NCBI GenBank assembly: GCA_934778125.1
Contig: CAKVOF010000001.1
Span: forward strand, 18,429 to 82,428
Origin: an uncultured Clostridia bacterium
GTDB taxonomy: Bacteria; Bacillota; Clostridia; Christensenellales; UBA1242
DNA: 64,000 bases
Direction of reading: 5' to 3'
Position numbers and translations under genes: made by a program. Positions 50,739 through 57,318 of this stretch are shown here, one piece after another; within the stretch, counting starts at the first letter, position 1; each line of letters starts with the position of its first letter. The notes below the pieces were generated by a model that searched no databases, was not told the origin of the DNA, and saw only the letters and a program-made list of their open reading frames with translations.

Positions 50739-51455
50739 TCAAATCCCAAAAAGTTTATTTGCCCAAAACGAAAACTTGCTAGTTCCATAAGGCACAATTA
50801 TTTGCACTTTCCCTTGAATAGCACTTTTATCAACTGCGCCAAACTTTCTGCAATCCTCACTCACCAAGCGATTATCTCCCATACAAAAATAGGCGTTTTT
50901 AGGCACAACATACTCATAAAAATCATCACTTTCATCTGGCGTACCGTTATCGTTTTTAACAACAGTGCCCTCAACATAATTTTCGCCACCAAGCATAATT
51001 TTTTCCAGTTCATTGCCAGTTTTAGTTAGTTCATCGTGCCTTTTAAGTTCCTCTTTAATATAGTTTTCCTGTTGCAATTCACCATTAATAAACAACTCAC
51101 ATACACCCGTTACATCATTATATTCATAACGAATCCTATCTCCGCCAACCGCAATAACTCGCTTAATCAAACCCCTACCATTAACTTTCAAAACAACGAT
51201 ATCACCTTTTTTAATTTCAGCGAATCTATTCACATACACAACATCACTTTTATTTCCACCCTTTGCATTTAGAGTTGGTTGCATACTCGTTCCATCAACT
51301 TCCGCATCAAAAAAAACAATTGAAAACACAACGTATGAAAGCATAATCAAAAGAATAATAATATAAAGGGTGTTTGCCACCGCTTTATACCAACCATTTC
51401 TTTGCTTCTTATTAAATTGAAAATCTTCGCTAAAATTAAAAATTGGCTTATTCAT
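50739..51455 (-). CDS. lepB: Signal peptidase I (bacterial Ser-Lys type)
   Basis: GTSMQPTL (catalytic Ser box), a Lys box, and GDNRLVSEDCRKFG. The ATG at 51455 is preferred, because the track's start at 51494 is a TTG lying upstream of a TGtATAAT -10 element. Confidence 0.85.
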   Translation of the reverse strand: MNKPIFNFSEDFQFNKKQRNGWYKAVANTLYIIILLIMLSYVVFSIVFFDAEVDGTSMQPTLNAKGGNKSDVVYVNRFAEIKKGDIVVLKVNGRGLIKRVIAVGGDRIRYEYNDVTGVCELFINGELQQENYIKEELKRHDELTKTGNELEKIMLGGENYVEGTVVKNDNGTPDESDDFYEYVVPKNAYFCMGDNRLVSEDCRKFGAVDKSAIQGKVQIIVPYGTSKFSFWANKLFGI

Positions 51456-51633
51456 ATTTTTTTCCAATACTATTATACACTTCTTCAACGCCAATTAAAA
51501 CTGTTTTTATTAATAACCAACCTAATATTCCATATTTTATTTCACTTTTTGGTGAAATTGTGTATAATGAAATTGCTAACTTAAAATCACGGTTCTTGCA
51601 TAAGAGGGTTTTACCTATCATTAATCTTTATCA

Positions 51634-51767
51634 TTTATCAATTTTCCTTACTTCTATAGTGTTCAGAACCTGCTCGTGTTCTCGGGATTTCCCTCTTAGC
51701 TATAATGGTTTCTTCCTTGCCTTTCAACTTTATATCTTTTATCAATTTTCCTTGCTTCTATAGTGTT
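51634..51767. repeat. Two 30-bp direct repeats (29/30 identical)
   Basis: The copies are tttatcaattttccttacttctatagtgtt (51634-51663) and tttatcaattttccttgcttctatagtgtt (51738-51767). They lie in the divergent lepB/tRNA control region. Confidence 0.85.
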
Positions 51768-51842
51768 TTGAGATATACTTCGCCATAGTCTTTGGAACGC
51801 GTTAGCGTGGGTTTAGTAGCTTCCATAAAAAATTACTATTTT

Positions 51843-51910
51843 GCATCTGTGGCTCAATTGGATAGAGCATCAGTCTTCGGAACGATTGGTTGTGGGTTTG
51901 ATTATCCCAC
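51843..51910 (+). pseudogene. Degenerate tRNA-Arg-like fragment
   Basis: The D-arm is canonical (GCTCAATTGGATAGAGC). The anticodon loop CTTCGGA is identical to that of the downstream tRNA. However, the anticodon stem pairs only 2 of 5 positions, the T-loop is 9 nt (GTGGG-TTTGATTAT-CCCAC), and no 3' acceptor strand or CCA is present. Confidence 0.5.
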
Positions 51911-51929
51911 TAAAAAAATAATCAACTTT

Positions 51930-52004
51930 GCGTCCATAGTGAAATGGATATCACATAAGTCTTCGGAACTTAGATTTCGGGTTCGAGCCCTGATGGACGC
52001 ACCA
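51930..52004 (+). tRNA. tRNA-Arg (anticodon UCG), CCA encoded
   Basis: I folded the cloverleaf by hand. The acceptor stem is GCGTCCA/TGGACGC and the D-arm is GTGA-AATGGATA-TCAC. The anticodon arm is TAAGT-CTTCGGA-ACTTA and the T-arm is TCGGG-TTCGAGC-CCTGA. The discriminator is A, followed by CCA. Confidence 0.85.
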
Positions 52005-52172
52005 TAAAAAGCCTGATTTTATGGGCATTTCAGCAACTTTTTAGCAAGTCGCTGATTTTTTATTTTTTATCACACATACATCTTACACCTGTCAAGTATC
52101 CTTGTTTAAGGGTTCGAGTTTTTGATTTCAAAAATGTATTGATTTTTAGCCCAAATTTACCAAAAAATCGTG

Positions 52173-52216
52173 TTTTTCTAAGATTTTTCTAAGATTTTTC
52201 TAAGATAAAACTAAGA
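52173..52216. repeat. 11-bp tandem repeat (tttttctaaga x3 plus one variant)
   Basis: The sequence tttttctaaga tttttctaaga tttttctaaga taaaactaaga lies about 115 nt upstream of the peptidase ORF. Confidence 0.85.
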
Positions 52217-52331
52217 TTTTGTGCAAATTTTACTTAGTTTAACATAATTTTTTATGACTAAAATATGCAAACCCCACAAATAGCATATTTAGAAATTTCT
52301 ACTATTTAAAGTTGCTTGCTTAACCTAAATT

Positions 52332-54353
52332 ATGATAGAATGCGAATGTAAAATGATTAATATAAATTATAAAAGAAAAGCAAAACTTTTTTCTATAATA
52401 TGCTTAATTATTATGCTTTTATTGTGTTTTGATGCATTCAAGAAGCATAATACTATTTTTTCAAACACATTATTAAACGCAACCACTTTAAACACAATGA
52501 GTGTTGATGAAATTGCGAACCAAGAAAAATATAATAGTTGTGATTTCGATATTGTAACCCCCACTCTTGATCAAGGAGACACAAATATTTGTTGGGCTTA
52601 TGCAACTGCAAGTGCATCGGAAACATCAATTTTAAAAGATAAGTTAGATAACAACACAAAAGACACTTTAAGATTTTCTCCAACACAAATTGCATATAGA
52701 ACCCACAACAGAGATAAAGACCCTCTTAACAACACCGTAGGGGTTTATGATAACAACAAATGGAATGAACCAGGAAACCCATTCAACACATTTTTGATGT
52801 TGTCGCAATGGTGTGCCCCAGTGGCTGGCAATGTGCATATGATGGCTAATGCATATGAAAATAACTTATATAGATTACTAGATGCCGAACAGATAAACGC
52901 ATATGAAACTGGCACATATAGAATAAACGAAATCAAGCGAGCAATTGCAAAATATGGCGCTGTAACTGGTTCGTATAACAATGCACGAAATGCGTTTTAT
53001 TACAACACAAAAGGAGAGCCAAACCCAAACGGTATTCCTCACGCGATAAGTATTGTTGGTTGGGACAACACAATTCCCGCAAGTAATTTTCAGCCAAAAC
53101 CCGCAAGCCAAAACGGTGGTTGGATAATTAAAAACAGTTATAATTCTCTTCCTTATTTTTACCTTTCTTATGATAGCCATATTGGAAATGTTTTCGGATT
53201 TAAATATGCCAAAAAATCAGAGTTCGACTTTAATTATTTTTACGATAACGTTAATGATCCTATACCTCAACACGAAACCGTTTCTAAATGTGTTTCAAAC
53301 GTTTTTGTGGCAAAGAAAGGCAACAATGATCATAACGAATTTGTTAAGGCTGTTAATGTGGCAACTATTGGATATAATCTAACCTGCAAAGTTCAAGTCT
53401 ACACCAATCTAACCGACCCAAAAAATCCCGAAAGTGGAACACTTTCCGCTTTGGGCGAACGAGTTTTGAATTATGGTGGATACCACACAATTATGCTAGA
53501 TAATCTTGCTAAAATTGATAAAGACTCATATTATTCCGTTATTGTGAGTGTTAGTAGCTCAAGTGGAGGAAGTGCAACCATTTTATATTCAAAAAACAAA
53601 AACCAAAACACTCATTATAAATCTTCAAGCGGTTGGAATAGCACGGGTTATGCTGGAAGAATAAAAGCCTACACCGTTTTGCAAGAAAAAGGAGAACCTG
53701 AGCAAAAAATAGATATATCTTCTGCCGAACACAGCATTATTTCTCCGATGCTATTTACCGGTCAAGAACTTTGCCCACAAGTAAACATAACGCTAAATTC
53801 ACAAACCTTAACTAAAGATGTGGACTACACTGTTTCCTACAAAAACAATATCAATGTTGGCACCGCTGAAATTATAATAAGTGGGATTGGAAAACACTTT
53901 GGAAGTTTAAATTTGCAATTTCAAATTTTGCCAATTGATGTGCCTATTAAACCCAATAATGAAATTAATGTTTCAAGCACCATATCAACCCTATCTGAAA
54001 TTGTTTTGCCTGAAGGTTGGCAATGGGAAAATCCGAATTTGCTAGTTATAAATATAACTAGCGCAACCGCAATTTATGTGGGCGAAAATAAAGATAATTA
54101 TAAAAACACCAAAGTGCAAATATCTTTGCAAAAAGAAGAACCTAGCAATCCTAATCCCAATAATCCCAGCCCCGATAATCCAAATGACAACAACACTCCA
54201 AATGACAACAACAATGATAATAATAAACCAAGCAACAAAGCCCCAAACAAACCAGATGTTATTCCTATAATAATTATATTTTTCGGTGTTATTGGAGCAA
54301 CATCTATCACAATAATCGTAGTTATAAAAAAAATCAAACAAAAAAGAAAATAA
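52332..54353 (+). CDS. Papain-like (C1 family) cysteine peptidase with an N-terminal signal/anchor, Ig-like region, Pro/Asn-rich linker and C-terminal TM anchor
   Basis: The catalytic Cys context is QGDTNICWAYA, the His context is PHAISIVGWDN, and the Asn/Trp context is GGWIIKNSY. The C-terminus is PNPNNPSPDNPNDNN... followed by a hydrophobic helix and KKIKQKRK. The start may instead be the ATG at 52353. Confidence 0.75.
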   Translation: MIECECKMININYKRKAKLFSIICLIIMLLLCFDAFKKHNTIFSNTLLNATTLNTMSVDEIANQEKYNSCDFDIVTPTLDQGDTNICWAYATASASETSILKDKLDNNTKDTLRFSPTQIAYRTHNRDKDPLNNTVGVYDNNKWNEPGNPFNTFLMLSQWCAPVAGNVHMMANAYENNLYRLLDAEQINAYETGTYRINEIKRAIAKYGAVTGSYNNARNAFYYNTKGEPNPNGIPHAISIVGWDNTIPASNFQPKPASQNGGWIIKNSYNSLPYFYLSYDSHIGNVFGFKYAKKSEFDFNYFYDNVNDPIPQHETVSKCVSNVFVAKKGNNDHNEFVKAVNVATIGYNLTCKVQVYTNLTDPKNPESGTLSALGERVLNYGGYHTIMLDNLAKIDKDSYYSVIVSVSSSSGGSATILYSKNKNQNTHYKSSSGWNSTGYAGRIKAYTVLQEKGEPEQKIDISSAEHSIISPMLFTGQELCPQVNITLNSQTLTKDVDYTVSYKNNINVGTAEIIISGIGKHFGSLNLQFQILPIDVPIKPNNEINVSSTISTLSEIVLPEGWQWENPNLLVINITSATAIYVGENKDNYKNTKVQISLQKEEPSNPNPNNPSPDNPNDNNTPNDNNNDNNKPSNKAPNKPDVIPIIIIFFGVIGATSITIIVVIKKIKQKRK

Positions 54354-54378
54354 AAACTATTTAATTTATACTAGTTAA

Positions 54379-54406
54379 AATCTTATGGTATAATTATCAT
54401 AAGATT
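54379..54406. promoter_or_regulatory. Perfect 9-bp inverted repeat overlapping a TATAAT box upstream of dfx (candidate operator)
   Basis: The sequence is aatcttatg-gtataattat-cataagatt, with TATAAT at 54389-54394. Confidence 0.45.
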
Positions 54407-54466
54407 GCAAGAAACTCTTGCCTTACTCCACTTTGCAATCAAAAAAAAATAAAAGGAGAATTAAAA

Positions 54467-54841
54467 ATGGAACAAAATTTTTATTATTGCAAGCACTGCG
54501 GAAATATTATTATTAAGGTTAACGATAGCGGAGCGCCACTAATGTGTTGTGGTGAGAAAATGGAAGTGCTTAACCCAAACACCAATGATGGCGCAAAAGA
54601 AAAACACGTGCCGATTTATTCTGTTAGGTGTGGCAAAGTAACCGTTAATATTGGCGAAATTCCTCACCCAATGGCACCCGAACATTATATTGAATGGGTT
54701 AAACTTCAAACCAATAAAGGCTTTCAATTCAAAAGATTAACTCCCCACGCTGAGCCAATCACCACGTTCAATATAAACAAAGATGAAAAAATCGAAGCGG
54801 TTTTTGCATACTGTAATTTGCATAGTTTATGGAGAGGTTAA
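54467..54841 (+). CDS. dfx: Desulfoferrodoxin (2Fe superoxide reductase)
   Basis: The N-terminal CxxC...CC pattern (CKHCGN...MCCG) is the desulforedoxin-like centre. EKHVP, HPM..EHYIEW and CNLHSLW supply the His4Cys centre ligands. Confidence 0.85.
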   Translation: MEQNFYYCKHCGNIIIKVNDSGAPLMCCGEKMEVLNPNTNDGAKEKHVPIYSVRCGKVTVNIGEIPHPMAPEHYIEWVKLQTNKGFQFKRLTPHAEPITTFNINKDEKIEAVFAYCNLHSLWRG

Positions 54842-54952
54842 TGGTATAGTTTGTTTATAAACCAAAATTAATACATTTTTCATTATTGTCTATTGTAATA
54901 TCATTTATAATGTGCTAGAATAATACAAAAATATAAAAGGTGGAAATATAAT

Positions 54953-55582
54953 ATGGATTCATTAGACACTCTTAATTTAGAAACAGCTCGCTCTATTAAA
55001 GAGATTAGAGAAAAAGAAAAAGAAATTATTAAAAATTATGATAATAACCACTCAAGCGAAATGCTAACAGCAGGAATAATTGAATTGAATGACCTTAGAA
55101 ATAAAACCTATTTTGAACATAGCAATTCATATGAATTTAACAGCGCAATATATAGAGCGAGTGGTGAAGATAAAACAACAAGAAAACTAATTTATGGAGA
55201 ATACAAACAATATTGCAGGTTTATAGCAAGGCTAATAACGAAAGAAAGCTTGCCTTTTGATGATTTTGTTAGTATATCTAGAAACTTTTTAGAAAATTAT
55301 TCTATGATTAGCCGTATTGATTATAGGGATTCTGCCTATAACACAACATCAAAAACTGTTGACAAGTGTAAAGAATACTTTGCTGTTGCATCTGTGAATG
55401 ATAAAACAGATGCTTCGGCAACCAAGTACTATGCTCTTAATCAATTATATGGTGAATTAATTTTTTGTGGTAATTATCCAAAAGCAGAAAACGAAGATGA
55501 TTTCTACGATATCCAAGAAGCTTATGAATTTGACGATCCAAACGATGATCGTGTTAATGAAATTTACACTAGAGGAAGATAA
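54953..55582 (+). CDS. Hypothetical cytoplasmic protein (209 aa)
   Basis: The RBS AAAGGTGGA lies upstream. I recognise no motif. Confidence 0.55.
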   Translation: MDSLDTLNLETARSIKEIREKEKEIIKNYDNNHSSEMLTAGIIELNDLRNKTYFEHSNSYEFNSAIYRASGEDKTTRKLIYGEYKQYCRFIARLITKESLPFDDFVSISRNFLENYSMISRIDYRDSAYNTTSKTVDKCKEYFAVASVNDKTDASATKYYALNQLYGELIFCGNYPKAENEDDFYDIQEAYEFDDPNDDRVNEIYTRGR

Positions 55583-55663
55583 ATTGTTAAAGAAAAACGA
55601 CATTAACTAAAAAACCATCTCTTGCAAAAACCCAAATAACCCACAAACAAAAATAAATGTTCT

Positions 55664-56419
55664 ATGATTGAAAACCATAAAAAACTAAACTCAAACGCAA
55701 TAAAAATAATAGCAATTGTTGCTATGACAATCGACCACATTGCGTGGGCGATTTTTCCTAACTACTCAGTTAACGCCCTAGCAATTATTATGCACACTAT
55801 TGGCAGAATCACTTGCCCTATAATGTGTTATTTTGTTGCCGAAGGTTTCTACCACACTAAAAACATAAAAAAGTATAGTTTAAGATTGTTTATTTTCGCA
55901 CTTATCTCCCACATTCCCTATATGCTTATGTTTGGTTCGTTTGCTGAAAAAGGGGCAATAGCTTTAATTCCATTCGCCACAGGCTTTTTAAATCAAACAA
56001 GTGTGATATGGTCTTTATTTATTGGTCTTATGATGCTAAGAGTTGCGAAAAATGAGAAACTAAGCCAACTTTTAAAGGTTGAATACACACTAATCTTGTG
56101 CGTTTTAGCGTTACCTGCCGATTGGAGTTGCATAGCATCTTTATTTATTCTATGCATAGGCACAAACCGTGGTAAACCATTAAACCAAATTCTATGGTGT
56201 TTGTTCTACACCATTATCTATTCGGTTGTTTATTTCTTTGCATTTTCAAAAGTTTACGCCATAATCCAACTTGGAGTTATTTTAAGCGTTCCAATCTTAT
56301 TTTTATATAATGGCGAAAGCGGAAAAAACATCAAACTCAACAAATTTATGAAGTGGTTTTTCTATGCATACTACCCGATCCATCTGGTAATAATCAGTTT
56401 GATTTTAATACTATGTTAG
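55664..56419 (+). CDS. TraX-family membrane protein
   Basis: The N-terminal LNSNAIKIIAIVAMTIDHIAW is the TraX signature region. The protein is multi-pass membrane. Confidence 0.75.
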   Translation: MIENHKKLNSNAIKIIAIVAMTIDHIAWAIFPNYSVNALAIIMHTIGRITCPIMCYFVAEGFYHTKNIKKYSLRLFIFALISHIPYMLMFGSFAEKGAIALIPFATGFLNQTSVIWSLFIGLMMLRVAKNEKLSQLLKVEYTLILCVLALPADWSCIASLFILCIGTNRGKPLNQILWCLFYTIIYSVVYFFAFSKVYAIIQLGVILSVPILFLYNGESGKNIKLNKFMKWFFYAYYPIHLVIISLILILC

Positions 56420-56497
56420 AGCATTAAATTTATCTTTACATCATAAAACAATCTATTCAAACAAAAAAGTTTCATAAATTTATGAAACTTTTTATTT

Positions 56498-57271
56498 TTA
56501 GGTTATAGTCACCTCAAAAGTAACTTCTATTTCACCGCCAACTTCCAATGCACCAACTTCAAAACCAACCGTTGGATCGAACCCTTCATCGCTCAGTGCT
56601 TTGTTGATTCTAACGCTTTTAGGCACAAAAACCGTTCCTTGAGGTATTTCATCTTTAAAAAACACGCTAGTATTTCTTATTTTCCCTGTGTTTTTGATAA
56701 TACTTTGATACATAAGTGTATCTCCGCTAATAACAACTGTTTTATTCGATGTTTTATCAATAACGAGTTTATTTTCGGTTATTTTAACCACCACTTCAGG
56801 TGTGAACTCACTCATATCTTCAACTTCATTTGCATTAAAGGTGACTTTTGTTTTTAGAGCAACACTTGTTGCAGAAGTTTGCTCATCAATCACCAACACA
56901 TACGACACAACTGCACCACTCTTTGGCTGAAACGAGTTTGGCAATGTTATTCCAGCAACAATATCCATATCAGGGAATGGCACGTTATCTATCTCAACCG
57001 AGCCAGGTTTAAAACTAGCACCCTCGCCAATAATTTCCTCAAGCCTAATATTCGTGATTTCCGACAAGCTTTCGTTTGCCAGTAAAATACTTTGCAATAT
57101 TTCATCTTTAGGCGCTCCATAATCCAACAACGAAGATTTATCTTTAACAAACGCCACCGATAAATTTTCCACAACACTTTCGTTGCTTTCAAATGTTATT
57201 GTTTGAGTGGTTTGGTCAGGTGCGGTGTAATTAGCTCGAACCTGAGATTTGTTTTTTATTGTTTTTTCCAT
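56498..57271 (-). CDS. DUF11 (conserved repeat domain) protein, no signal peptide
   Basis: The C-terminal LMYQSIIKNTGKIRNTSVFFKDEIPQGTVFVPKSVRINK...ALEVGGEIEVTFEVTIT has the typical DUF11 pattern. The RBS is AAGGTGA. The gene lies 47 nt downstream of the collagen-like gene. Confidence 0.65.
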   Translation of the reverse strand: MEKTIKNKSQVRANYTAPDQTTQTITFESNESVVENLSVAFVKDKSSLLDYGAPKDEILQSILLANESLSEITNIRLEEIIGEGASFKPGSVEIDNVPFPDMDIVAGITLPNSFQPKSGAVVSYVLVIDEQTSATSVALKTKVTFNANEVEDMSEFTPEVVVKITENKLVIDKTSNKTVVISGDTLMYQSIIKNTGKIRNTSVFFKDEIPQGTVFVPKSVRINKALSDEGFDPTVGFEVGALEVGGEIEVTFEVTIT

Positions 57272-57318
57272 TTTTCACCTTAAAATTTTATATAATATTA
57301 TTAAACACAACCAACAAC

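Noticed and set aside
51792-52007. A 71-aa ORF on the plus strand.
   Set aside because: It overlaps the tRNA-like fragment and the tRNA-Arg gene, so it is a spurious translation of structural RNA.
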